Below are positions 38,290-47,996 of a stretch of DNA of 64,000 bases, piece by piece. A program made the translations under genes and the position numbers. The stretch's first letter is position 1; each line of letters starts with the position of its first letter. The DNA comes from Cenarchaeum sp. GTDB taxonomy: Archaea > Thermoproteota > Nitrososphaeria > Nitrososphaerales > Nitrosopumilaceae. The stretch spans positions 384,001 through 448,000 of the forward strand of contig CBDESU010000002.1 of the NCBI GenBank assembly GCA_965242695.1, given 5' to 3'. The notes beneath the pieces were generated by a model. It was given only the letters and a program-made list of their open reading frames with translations, was not told where the DNA came from and did not search any database.

Positions 38290-39029
38290 GTCAGCATCGC
38301 GCGGCAGGCACGGCGATCCCTTTCGTCAAAGATGCTCCGCCTGCGGGGCCTGAGACGGGTGCTGCCGGGCTAGGAGGCCACCCGGCGAGCCGGCGGCAAA
38401 GCGATGTGAGACGGGGCAACTCCTGCGATCGGCCTCATGTCAGGACGACAGCGGCTGTGCATGTGCATGCATCCAGAGCCGCTTGCCGCTCGCGTGCCGG
38501 GGCAGGCCACGAACGCGCGCGCCGGCGCGTGGTTCGGCCGGCCCGTGCCGCACATGAAACGGACAGACTGCAGGGGCGTGCAACAGGGCTGCGGGGCAGG
38601 ACGCCGCAACGGCTCCCAAGGACTGGCTTGCAGGTAGCAGGCGCGGCAACGGCGCGGGCGGAACATCGCGCCGCAGCTGCGGCGGCCATCTGCCGCAACA
38701 CCACACTGCGCAGGAGCGTCACGGGAACAGCACGGGGGCAACGTTGCAGGCGCGCAGGCCCATCGGGCCGTCCGCCAGGATGCCGCGTCGCAGCGCAAAA
38801 GACGCGGGCGGCCGGAGCGCAAGCCCGCACGATGTCGACTCGAAGAAGAGCTGCATCCGCTGCCGTCCAATGTGACGATTTGGCGGTGCCAGGGGCCGCG
38901 CGCGCCGCGCGTTGCCCGCAGCATCACACTTTTATGCTACGGGTTGCGGTGTCAGGCGTGAGCACGAGGCCAAGAGGGGCGGCAAGTTGGCGGCGGGGCA
39001 GGGGGCGCCGCTCCGGGCGGCGGCTGGCC

Positions 39030-39554
39030 ATGACCTGGCAAGAGGTGCAACGCTCCATCCTGTTCACGGCCGTCATGGTGTACGCAACCGTCCATACGGC
39101 ATCGCTGGCCTACTGGTCGTCGGTCGTACTCGGTCCATATATAGAGCCCCTGCAGTGCCACGCGGTGATTGCGCTTGGCCTTTTGCAGATGGGGCCTCAC
39201 TGCTTGCTGATCCTGGGGGGCGCATTGCTCTTTGTCGACCCTGCCTGCAGAAACCCGGTCGGCAGACTGCGCTACGGTGTGTGGGGGAAGATCCATAACG
39301 GACGGTTTACGAAGCAGGAGCGCTTCGTGTTTGCCTCTGCCGGCACGATCCTCGTGTTTTGGTGCCAGTTTTCCGGGGTGCTGGTGTTGGACTTTGACGA
39401 TAGAAGGGGCACGACGCCACAGCGGATGAAGGAAATGACGCAGAAAGGGCCGGCCTACGCGGACGATCACGGTCCATGCCGAGCAGTGCGCGAGCGCCTT
39501 GGCAGACAGAAAAGGACTTTGCTATGGCTTGTGCGAAAACATCGGAATCTGTGA
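39030..39554 (+). CDS. Putative membrane protein (about 3 TM)
   Basis: Hydrophobic segments at the 3' end of the long ORF 37890-39554; start uncertain. Confidence 0.45.
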   Translation: MTWQEVQRSILFTAVMVYATVHTASLAYWSSVVLGPYIEPLQCHAVIALGLLQMGPHCLLILGGALLFVDPACRNPVGRLRYGVWGKIHNGRFTKQERFVFASAGTILVFWCQFSGVLVLDFDDRRGTTPQRMKEMTQKGPAYADDHGPCRAVRERLGRQKRTLLWLVRKHRNL

Positions 39555-40392
39555 CTATCCATATGCTCAGGTTTTGATGCGGTGAGGCATGCGCCGACGA
39601 TGGCGCCTAGTACGTGCGTGGGATGGGTTACTAGATGCCGCAGTGTCTGGAGGCGGCCCCTGCCGGATCGACCTCGGCCTTGCACAGCACGAAGAGGGCG
39701 TGGGATGCGATGCTGCTCCTGTATGGAAGAGTGGGCCGGGACATAAGCGGGGCGTTGGGACGGGTCGATACCCTCCCGGCACGCTCTACAGAGTACGGAT
39801 CTGCGAATCGTAGCAGTCCACCCTGGCTGATGAATTCTGTTGAACAACCGGTCGGGTCAACGAGCGGGAAGCGTGCCATGTACGCCGCCATGCCCCCCAT
39901 ACGCACCGCCTGCCAGACGCCAAGCGCGCCTAGTGCCCCGCCGGATGCGGTAACGGAAGAGGTCGCGCTCGAGATCCAAGAGGCGGGGGAGCACCCCGGC
40001 CTCCAATAGGGACAACACGGTAGCAAAAGCAACAGTCCTGACGCGTGACCGCACGTGTCGCACCCTTCTTCCCCTCATGGCGAAGGGTAGAGTCCCCTAC
40101 GCGTAACCTGCAGTGCGTGAGCTGGATCACGATTTCAACAGCTGTTCAGGGTTTGCACAGCTGCGAGGCCGCAGCTCTATCGGTACTGTTACCACATCAA
40201 AACATCCATCTTGTTTTTTATGTAGCGGATACACAATGCTGACCGATTATTCTGTTTCCAGGCTTTATTTATAGAAATTCTAGTGCTTCAGATTAATCCA
40301 AAACAGTTTTTCAATTCAGTTAGGTTTATCATATAATGCACGCAAAACCGCTTTATCTTTGCGGGGGCTTATATACCTCAATCATCACAAAA

Positions 40393-40800
40393 TTAGTCGC
40401 TTTTGTTAATATTTTGGGATGCATTGTCCACGACGCTCATGAATTCGGCAACATGGGACTGATCCAAGGTTCCTGCTTCTCCTCTCGCCTGGAATATTCT
40501 GATGAACTTTGCGATTAGGCCGCACCCACACTCAATTTTTTCGCCATCGTACCCAGACTCCAAGATAAGAACTTTGTAGTATGAAGGATGGTACTCAGAC
40601 TCTTCCTTCGGCCTCCGTACCAGAGTGTATCCGTGTTCCAAGCACAGACGAGACAGCGTGTTTTCGTCGGTGGCGGGGAATTTCTCTATGTAGTACGCAT
40701 AACTTTGTGTCCCCGGTATCGTGAAAGTATGACCCGGAGTGCCTGGGAGCCACGACGGGTGTGCCGCAGTGACAAGATCACGAATTTCTTCGAATTCCAC
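40393..40800 (-). CDS. Hypothetical protein
   Basis: Lower GC, globular composition, TATA-like box upstream; divergent from the Ubl operon. Confidence 0.65.
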   Translation of the reverse strand: MEFEEIRDLVTAAHPSWLPGTPGHTFTIPGTQSYAYYIEKFPATDENTLSRLCLEHGYTLVRRPKEESEYHPSYYKVLILESGYDGEKIECGCGLIAKFIRIFQARGEAGTLDQSHVAEFMSVVDNASQNINKSD

Positions 40801-41020
40801 GACGGGACGGGATCACGGGGCCTAATATATCTTACCCTGTGCTTTGAGGCATAACCGCGCGGTTTGACGCCTAGCGCCGGCCATTGATGCATGCTCTGTC
40901 CACCGCGGTGATCTGCTACCGGCAGCTCGCGCGTAGCACGCCCCCTCATCCATGCGGCAACCCCAGAGCCTCTGCCGCAGGCCACAGCGATGCTTAGCTC
41001 CGCCTAACCGCCCTAAAAAT

Positions 41021-41030
41021 GCTTATAAAG
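41021..41030 (+). promoter_or_regulatory. Archaeal-type TATA box with A-rich BRE-like upstream sequence for the Ubl operon
   Basis: AAAAATGCTTATAAAG ends about 22 nt upstream of ATG 41052. Confidence 0.6.
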
Positions 41031-41051
41031 CAGGGCGGGCCCCGCCAAGGC

Positions 41052-41330
41052 ATGGCGCAGGTAGAAAAGCCGATAAGGGTCACTGTCATAGTCGACGGAA
41101 TAGACCGCGAAGAGGTGCTCGACGGCGGGTCGACCGTAGGGCAGGTCATCTCCGAGCTGCTCCCGGACGACGAAAAGTCCAAGGCGGGCAACTACGACCT
41201 GTCCACCAAGGACGGCCCCCCGCTGGATCCCGCATCCGTCCTAGAGAACGACGACGTCCACGACGGCGACGTTCTTACCGTTACAAAAAAGGACGGCGGC
41301 GGCGGCGGCAGTGCGTGCAATAGGCCATGA
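41052..41330 (+). CDS. Ubiquitin-like beta-grasp protein with C-terminal poly-Gly and short extension (BilA-like)
   Basis: IRVTVIVDG...STVGQVISEL...LDPASVLENDDVHDGDVLTV...DGGGGG-SACNRP; first gene of an E2/JAB/E1 operon. Confidence 0.85.
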   Translation: MAQVEKPIRVTVIVDGIDREEVLDGGSTVGQVISELLPDDEKSKAGNYDLSTKDGPPLDPASVLENDDVHDGDVLTVTKKDGGGGGSACNRP

Positions 41331-41794
41331 CCATTGTGGATCCTTCCCTGTCCAAGATGTGGTTCGACCGCGCGACGGCCCCGCTCGTAGAGCGCCCCGG
41401 CACGTACGCGGGCGCCGGGATCAGGGTAGTCGAGCGCTCGTTCCCCGTCCTCATCGTGGGGCTGTCCTACAAGTCGGCGGGCAGGGAGTTCCTGCTGCAC
41501 GTGCATGCCGACGACTACAACTACCTGCCGCCCAGGGGGTGGTGGGTCGACGGGAATGGATCCCCGCTGCCGGCGGACAGGGCGCCGCGCGGCGCCGGGT
41601 TCCATGCAGACGTCAACCCGTACAAGGAGGACAGGGGGTGGCTGTGCTATCCCGGGTGGCGCGAGTACCACGACCACCAGTCGCACCAAAACGACCCCTG
41701 GGGACCACTTCGGGGCAAGAAAGAGTACGGGATCTCGGCCAGGATCATGCAGCTTTGGCATGATCTCAACCATGCGGGGGTGGAGGTACCATAG
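41327..41794 (+). CDS. CEHH-type E2-like conjugating enzyme (BilB-like)
   Basis: ADDYNYLPP and WLCYPGWREYHDHQSH (C-E-H-H pattern); ATGA overlap with the Ubl gene. Confidence 0.8.
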   Translation: MTIVDPSLSKMWFDRATAPLVERPGTYAGAGIRVVERSFPVLIVGLSYKSAGREFLLHVHADDYNYLPPRGWWVDGNGSPLPADRAPRGAGFHADVNPYKEDRGWLCYPGWREYHDHQSHQNDPWGPLRGKKEYGISARIMQLWHDLNHAGVEVP

Positions 41795-41802
41795 CCAGGA
41801 CG

Positions 41803-42339
41803 GTGTGGGTCGTCCCCAGAAAGGTGGTCGACGAGACGGTCGGCGCGCTGTCCAGCATGGAGTCCGAGGTCTTTGTGCTGTGGACCGCGCCCAAGGAACC
41901 GGCCGGTTCCCGCAAGAGCCGCTCCCGAGCAGGACGCATCCTGGAACGCCTCAGGGCCGCGCTCCCCGTGCCTGGCCGCCGCAGTATCGCCATAAGCAGG
42001 GCGATCGTCCCCGTACAGGACACCCACGCGGGCGCCGACGGCGCGTACGTCCACATAGCCGGCAGCGAGCTGCGCAGGATCGGGTTCGACAACTACGAGA
42101 GGGGCGAGCGCAACGCCGTCCAGATACACACCCACCCGTCGTCGAGCACCCGCATGTCCGAGCTGGACCGCGAGTGGGAGGTGGTCACGCACGTCGGGGC
42201 CCTGAGCATCATCGTCCCCCACTACTGCGACGGCGGCCTCGAGTCGTTCAGGAAGGCTAGCGTGTACGAGCGCGAGGCGGGCGGGCGGTGGAGGCTCTGG
42301 GGCGCCGGCGAGTTCAAGAGGAGGCTGAGGATAGCGTGA
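41803..42339 (+). CDS. JAB/JAMM metallopeptidase (BilC-like)
   Basis: N-terminal E (SEVFVLW) and an exact HxH-x7-S-x2-D motif (HTHPSSSTRMSELD); ALSIIVP. Confidence 0.9.
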   Translation: MWVVPRKVVDETVGALSSMESEVFVLWTAPKEPAGSRKSRSRAGRILERLRAALPVPGRRSIAISRAIVPVQDTHAGADGAYVHIAGSELRRIGFDNYERGERNAVQIHTHPSSSTRMSELDREWEVVTHVGALSIIVPHYCDGGLESFRKASVYEREAGGRWRLWGAGEFKRRLRIA

Positions 42340-43835
42340 GCGAGGCGCTCGAAAAGAACCGGCGCGCCCTCTTGCGGGCCGGCGGGGACGGCGCTAGTGC
42401 CGAGCTGATCGGCACGGCGAGGATCGGCGTCTGGGCGGGAGGGGAGGCGCGGCCGCAGCAGGCCGTGCTGCTCGCCGAGGCGCTAGGCGACCTGCTCGGC
42501 AGGTTCTGGCGCAACATAGACGCGGGGGGACGGGGCGGCGCGACAGTGGCAGACGCCGCGGCGGCATCGTCTAGGGCGTGCGGCGCATGTTCGCAGGTGC
42601 GGCGCACATGGCATCCCCCGTACGACTTTGCGATCGGCATAGGCGCGGACGCGCCGCCCGGCTCGGCGGCGGACGGCGTTACTGTGGGGGCCGACGGCTG
42701 GACGGTCGGCGCCGGATCGGGCGCGGCCATGGGAGGCGGCGCCAACCCCTTCGGCCCCCTCGTGGCGGCCGCGCTGGCGTCGGCAGAGGCCGTAAAGTCC
42801 GTGTTCTCGATCGGCGAGGCCCGCGGTGCGAGGCGGCTTCCACCTTCGTATGAATGGGATGCGCTGCACGGCAGGGCATGGGTGGAGCAGGAGGAAGAAG
42901 GCCTCAACCTGGGGGAGGTTCACGTGTTCGGGGTCGGCGCCGTGACCCACGCCATGCTCTGGGCCCTAGCAAGGTGGCCATGGGGCGTCGCGGGCACGCT
43001 GCACCTTGTCGACCCCGACGCGTACGATGCGGGAAACCCGCAGCGCTACATGGGCACCGCGGCGGAGGACATCGGGTTGTCAAAGGCGGTAGCAACAGCA
43101 GACAGGCTTCGGCTCGCCTGCCCGGCCCTGGACGTGCTGGCCCACGAGACGGATATGAACAGCTACTTTGGGGATACGGGGGACTTTTACGTACAAACCG
43201 CGGTATGCGGGCTGGACTCGGCGGAGGCGAGACGGCAGCTGGGCCTCAAGCTACCCCGTACAATAGTCAACATGTGGACGTCCGGGTTCCACGCCGGCGC
43301 ATCGGCGTTCTCGTTCGATGATGGCTGGCCCTGCATACACTGCGCCTATCCAGAGCCGGACGGAACAGAGCCGAGCGCGGTCAAGCTCATCCAGGACGCG
43401 ACCGGGCTGGAGGCGAGGCGGATCCGCGAGCTGCTCGGGTCAGGCAGGTGCATTGACGAGAGGGATGCCGAGGCCATCGCCGCCGCCACAGGCATGGCCG
43501 CCGGCGAGGTATCCTTAAAGCCGATCAGGGGCGTACGGGCGGACATGTGCGCCACCGGCAGGATCGCGGCCCCCGGCGGACGGGAGGGGGAGGAGGCCGA
43601 CGTGCCGCTCGCGTTTGCCAGTGCGATGGCAGGCGCGGCAGGGTTTGCCGAGCTGCTGCACGTAACGCGGGGCGTGCGGCGCGAGCCGGGGCAGTTTCAG
43701 ACGTCGGTCCTGACGTACCCGACGCGCCACTCGTGGAAGCGGCGGGGCAGGAGTGCGAGCTGCCACCTCTGCACCGATTCCGTCCGGCGGCTAGCCCGCG
43801 ACAAGTATGCGGGCGCGGAGGCCATGGCGCAATGA
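42336..43835 (+). CDS. E1/ThiF-family activating enzyme with N-terminal inactive adenylation-like region (BilD-like)
   Basis: VFGVGAV, LVDPD...NPQRY, SKA, CGLDSAEARR, two CxxC motifs (CIHC, CHLC) and a candidate catalytic Cys (DMCATG); GTGA overlap with the JAB gene. Confidence 0.9.
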   Translation: MSEALEKNRRALLRAGGDGASAELIGTARIGVWAGGEARPQQAVLLAEALGDLLGRFWRNIDAGGRGGATVADAAAASSRACGACSQVRRTWHPPYDFAIGIGADAPPGSAADGVTVGADGWTVGAGSGAAMGGGANPFGPLVAAALASAEAVKSVFSIGEARGARRLPPSYEWDALHGRAWVEQEEEGLNLGEVHVFGVGAVTHAMLWALARWPWGVAGTLHLVDPDAYDAGNPQRYMGTAAEDIGLSKAVATADRLRLACPALDVLAHETDMNSYFGDTGDFYVQTAVCGLDSAEARRQLGLKLPRTIVNMWTSGFHAGASAFSFDDGWPCIHCAYPEPDGTEPSAVKLIQDATGLEARRIRELLGSGRCIDERDAEAIAAATGMAAGEVSLKPIRGVRADMCATGRIAAPGGREGEEADVPLAFASAMAGAAGFAELLHVTRGVRREPGQFQTSVLTYPTRHSWKRRGRSASCHLCTDSVRRLARDKYAGAEAMAQ

Positions 43836-44992
43836 ATCAGCCCAGCGGCGGCGCAGGCGCGCGCCCGCACAGGAATAGCCGCGGAAATGGACAGGGCGGT
43901 ATGAACCGCATTGCGTTGTTTCTGGGAGCTGGCGCGTCCGTCCCGTACGGCATGCCTACAACGAAGAAGCTTCGGGAAAAACTGGGCCAAAACTTTCCCC
44001 GCCAGGATCTTGTAGACAGTGCTCGATTTCCCGACGCCGAGCATATACTACAGGCACTTGATGACGAGATTCGTTTTGCAAATACATCGGCAGGGACACA
44101 TCACCGCGGAAATAACACACCATTTGGCGATCTGATCAAACAGTCGGGGCGCGCAAGAAACTACCTAGAAAGTCTCGTGCGATCGTCCTATGTTTGGAAT
44201 TCGGCCGCGGACTCAACCGCCGTGGATGTCTTAAGCGCGCTCTTTGGGCTTGTCAAGTCGGACAACGGAGACGTCACCGTATTCACGACAAACTATGATG
44301 GAGCCATCGAAAGGTACTGCAGGCACGCCGAGGTAGCCACCGAATGCATAGACGGCTTTGTGCCGTGCCGAAAAAGCAAGGAGTTTGTCTGGTCGGGCGA
44401 CTTTACTCCCAGCGACGAGTCCGCCCGTAGCAGGGTGTTCCTCTACAAGCTGCATGGGTCTATGAACTGGCAACAGAGTATGGAAGACGGCACAAAAGTG
44501 ACGGTTAGAAAGCCGGACAAGAGTACGCCGATGTACAGATCTGACGATGCGTACATACGGCCCACGTTACGCATCAAAGACGAGGATATGCGAGAAGAGC
44601 CGTTTGCCACACTCCTAGGCAGGTTCGACAAGATCCCCGAGTTGTTCGATGTCTGCATCGCGATTGGCTGCTCGTTTAGGGACAAGCACATACACGACAA
44701 GTTTGTCGAGTTCATTAAAAGCGGCAAGACCTTGATTGCAGTAGGCCCGGAAGCAGCGTCCGACTTTTCTACCGCATTGGGAAAACCTCCTGACTCTGCC
44801 ACAAAAAGCTCTTGGGAGAAGATGCAACTGTGCAACATGCCCTACAAGCAGGATAGGGCAGACGGGTTCTATGCCGTGCATATGAGACTAGGTGAAGACA
44901 ACACGGAATCCGTCATAAACGCAATAAGACCGATACTTGAGAAATCGGCCAGCCCCAATCGCATAGGCTACATTGCAGAAGCAAATACGTGA
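43832..44992 (+). CDS. SIR2-like (SIR2_2) NADase-type protein
   Basis: LFLGAGAS...GMPT, FTTNYD, LYKLHGS, AIGCSFRDKHI. ATGA overlap with the E1 stop; alternative start at 43901. Confidence 0.88.
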   Translation: MNQPSGGAGARPHRNSRGNGQGGMNRIALFLGAGASVPYGMPTTKKLREKLGQNFPRQDLVDSARFPDAEHILQALDDEIRFANTSAGTHHRGNNTPFGDLIKQSGRARNYLESLVRSSYVWNSAADSTAVDVLSALFGLVKSDNGDVTVFTTNYDGAIERYCRHAEVATECIDGFVPCRKSKEFVWSGDFTPSDESARSRVFLYKLHGSMNWQQSMEDGTKVTVRKPDKSTPMYRSDDAYIRPTLRIKDEDMREEPFATLLGRFDKIPELFDVCIAIGCSFRDKHIHDKFVEFIKSGKTLIAVGPEAASDFSTALGKPPDSATKSSWEKMQLCNMPYKQDRADGFYAVHMRLGEDNTESVINAIRPILEKSASPNRIGYIAEANT

Positions 44993-45118
44993 GACATGGA
45001 ATGGTATTCCCAAGTATGGGGGCTCTATCAAAGTTGACAAAAACTGGCAAGGCGTCAACAATCCTTCACCCCTGTGGCGGTATAGCAAGGAGGCGGCCGG
45101 ATGTGGCCGGCCCTACGG

Positions 45119-45996
45119 TGCGGCGGGCTTGCGGGAATCGTGGATTGCGGCGCGGCATCGCCGCCGCCGCAGTCCCGACCGCGGTCGGGCCGCAGCCCGA
45201 CCGCCAAAGAGATCGCGGCGTACCGCAAGGGCTCTACCACGTACTTTGGCCTCCTGTGCCCTTACAGTGCCAGCTCGCGCATCGACACGGCGCCCCCGAT
45301 CGTGGCCTCGCCCCGCAGCGCGAGGTATGCGCCATACGCGAGGGGTACGTGGACAGGCATCCGGTCAGGACCAGGCACGAGAATGCGATGCCGCGCCTGT
45401 TCGGCCACACGCAGGTCGACGGCATGCCGGCGCACTCGGAGGACGCGGAGGGGGGGGCATGCGCAACGTAGCAAGGCGGTGCATGGATGCGCACGTGCAG
45501 TTCAAGGGGCCGCGCGGCGGGGGCGTCGGGTCGAGAAAGATGGCGATCGCGGCCAGCGGCAGAAGGCTGGTCACGTCGATGGGCAGGGCGGCGACGTGCG
45601 CCCTTTCCGATCCCGACTGGAACATGCTCGACGGGCCGCCGGCGGGGGAGCCGCCGGCATGTATGCCCCCGGGCGGCGGAGACGGCGGGGCAAGGAGCGG
45701 CGGCGCCGGATGACGGAAGCCGGTAGGCCTAGAGGAGGAGGGACCGGCCGCGCCCACCGCGGCCTCCTATCTCCCTGCCGGCGCCGCGGGTTGACGGCAG
45801 GTTGATGCGCCCCGCCCCAGCCGCCGCGCTGCGGGCATGCACACGGCCCGTTCTCCGCCCTCTGCACCCTCTTACCCAGTGCCGCCGCCATGGTCGTCCC
45901 GCCGACGCAGCGGCGCAACGTCGATCGCGCCAGCGCCGGACGCGGTGGCGCCTCCAAGGCGACCACCACGGCTCACCCTAGGACCTGAGCTCTCGC
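45119..45996 (+). pseudogene. Decayed 3' part of the IS66-like element, retaining the right TIR
   Basis: Homologous to about 2149-2962 with frameshifts (PTAKEIAAYR, QVDGMPAHSED, MDAHVQFKG); ends GGACCTGAGCTCTCGC. Confidence 0.88.
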
Positions 45997-46201
45997 GATC
46001 ATCGCACTTGGGCCGGCGCCAGCGCCCATGCGCCTCTACATTAGGCCAATTTTCGGACTCATAATAGACGGGGCACCCGTCGCGCGGGACGCCGTCGATA
46101 TGCCGATCTAGACGCCAATGGGTAGTGGGCTTGAGCTCACGCCCAAATACGCACGGGTCGATCGCACAACGTTTATAGTATGAGAGTCGCGGCCTGGCCA
46201 C

Positions 46202-46780
46202 ATGGTCAAGATTGACGAGGGAGCGGGTGACCAGGAAGCGTCCGTAAGACAGAATGGAGGGGATCAGCTAAAGATGCCAGGTGAACTCTACAATGAAATG
46301 CAACGCGAGCTCCAATTCCAGTACGATGTAAACTCAAGCCTGGACAGAAAGGCGCAAAACCTGATGATTGCGACTGCGCTTGCAGCGGCACAGTTTATCA
46401 CCTTAGCAGCGGCCAGCAAAGTGGGCTGGTTGGACCAGTATCCAGTGTGGCAAAGCGGTGCGTTTATCTTCCTGGTGGGCATGATTATCACCACCGCACT
46501 GTGTATATTTGTCAACCGTGAGCGGCCCCACCCTCTGCCGAGTCCCAAGGAGAAAATACTGCGCTCTGACAAGTTTGACGACAAGGCGTATAGAAGGTTG
46601 ATTGCCGTCGATGGGAACGACTACTGTAAGCTGCGTATTAAAGAGTATTCGCTGACCGCGGCGGAGCAGGAGCGTATAAACAAGAAAAAGGCAAAGCTTC
46701 TAAACGCGGCATATAGCGCGTTTGTCATATGTATCATTGCGGTCATTCCTGCGTTGGTTGTCGGGTTTAAAATCCCATAG
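46202..46780 (+). CDS. Small membrane protein resembling Pycsar-type/TM effectors
   Basis: NSSLDRKAQNL followed by two TM helices, a loop, then INKKKAKLL and a third TM helix; TTTATA box upstream. Confidence 0.65.
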   Translation: MVKIDEGAGDQEASVRQNGGDQLKMPGELYNEMQRELQFQYDVNSSLDRKAQNLMIATALAAAQFITLAAASKVGWLDQYPVWQSGAFIFLVGMIITTALCIFVNRERPHPLPSPKEKILRSDKFDDKAYRRLIAVDGNDYCKLRIKEYSLTAAEQERINKKKAKLLNAAYSAFVICIIAVIPALVVGFKIP

Positions 46781-47212
46781 TCAGACACCTTTCCTTCGCT
46801 ACGCGGCAAGTGGCCGCAAAGCGCCGCGCCCCCACATCCCGGGCAATCGGGAGTGGTGATTCGACCGTCTGGTTGTCATTTTTGACACAAATGCTGCTGT
46901 AGTTATTGTAATCAAGGTTCTTTTGGCAGAGGGGCTAGCCGCACTCCGCCCAAAGTCGACGCAGAATTGCCGGTTTTTCACGCCCGGTCGGGCGTCGGTG
47001 GCTGCGCGCCGAACGCCTCTACGGAGTCGGGACTGTGTGGGTTCCCTTGGTCTTTTGCCCATGCTCCGATGGCGAACAAAAGCTGGTGCGTGGTCAAGCT
47101 AACTTTACCTTACTTCGCAAGCTCATGACTACAGTCAAAAAAATGGGCGGTGGTGAGCCATGGAGCGTTGTTGCAAGTCAGCACCCTGCACCAAAGGATG
47201 CAACAAGCACTA

Positions 47213-47407
47213 CTAACTTTTGAACTCGAATCGAGCATGCCCGCACGCGGCACAAGCCCATGCAGTGAGCATTGCAAGTGATCGCTCACTTTTGCCCATT
47301 TTACTTGTCGGCATGCCGTCGTCCCCCCTTGTCGCAAACATACCAAGTTGATAGGGTCCGTTCCAAATGTTTGCTCCACAGTAAGGACATACTGGGATCT
47401 TATACAT
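47213..47407 (-). CDS. Small zinc-ribbon protein
   Basis: CPYCG and CAACG motifs; CTTATAAA box about 24 nt upstream. Confidence 0.7.
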   Translation of the reverse strand: MYKIPVCPYCGANIWNGPYQLGMFATRGDDGMPTSKMGKSERSLAMLTAWACAACGHARFEFKS

Positions 47408-47996
47408 TGGAAAAATGGCAACAGGGTGTCTTTATAAGTGCTTTGTGTCATAAATGCGGGATTTGACGACTAAAATTCGATGCGGTGGGCCAAGACGCGG
47501 GCATGGTGACTAGGGCATGGGCTAAATCGGGCCGTATGACGCCGTCCTTGACATGCCGCCGTGGGCGCCCACGGTGCAAACGGCATCGCTGTACTCCCCT
47601 AACAGGTCCAGATAGCCGCCGGCCGGGCCGTCATCGACGGCATCACCTCGGCGTCCTGGCGGGTCGGGGCCAGAGCAGTGTCTATGCGCTCGCGCAGGTA
47701 GGGTCGCGTGTCGTGGACGGATATGACGATGGGAACCCTCAGGGGGATCGCCTTCCTTGGCGGGGATGCGGGACGCGCGCAAGGGGGCTGGGCAGCGCGC
47801 CAGAGGGGGCATCCGGGACGCGGGCAGGACCACTATCCTCGGCACGCTTCCCGCCCGGAGGGCAGCTATCCCGTCAGGAGCGATCCGCCGCATCGGCGCC
47901 AGGGAAGAAATCCCGGTGCGGGTTCCACATGTGCGCCGCCTGCGGCCGCAGGGGCCTTTCGTTAGGTATAAAAACCCTCTGAGGCGCCTCGGAGGC

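Noticed and set aside
41052-43835. Sulfur-carrier (ThiS/MoaD-ThiF) biosynthesis operon or CBASS Cap2/Cap3
   Set aside because: An E2-like gene is present and there are no thiamine, molybdopterin or cysteine synthesis genes. There is no CD-NTase, and E1 and E2 are separate genes.
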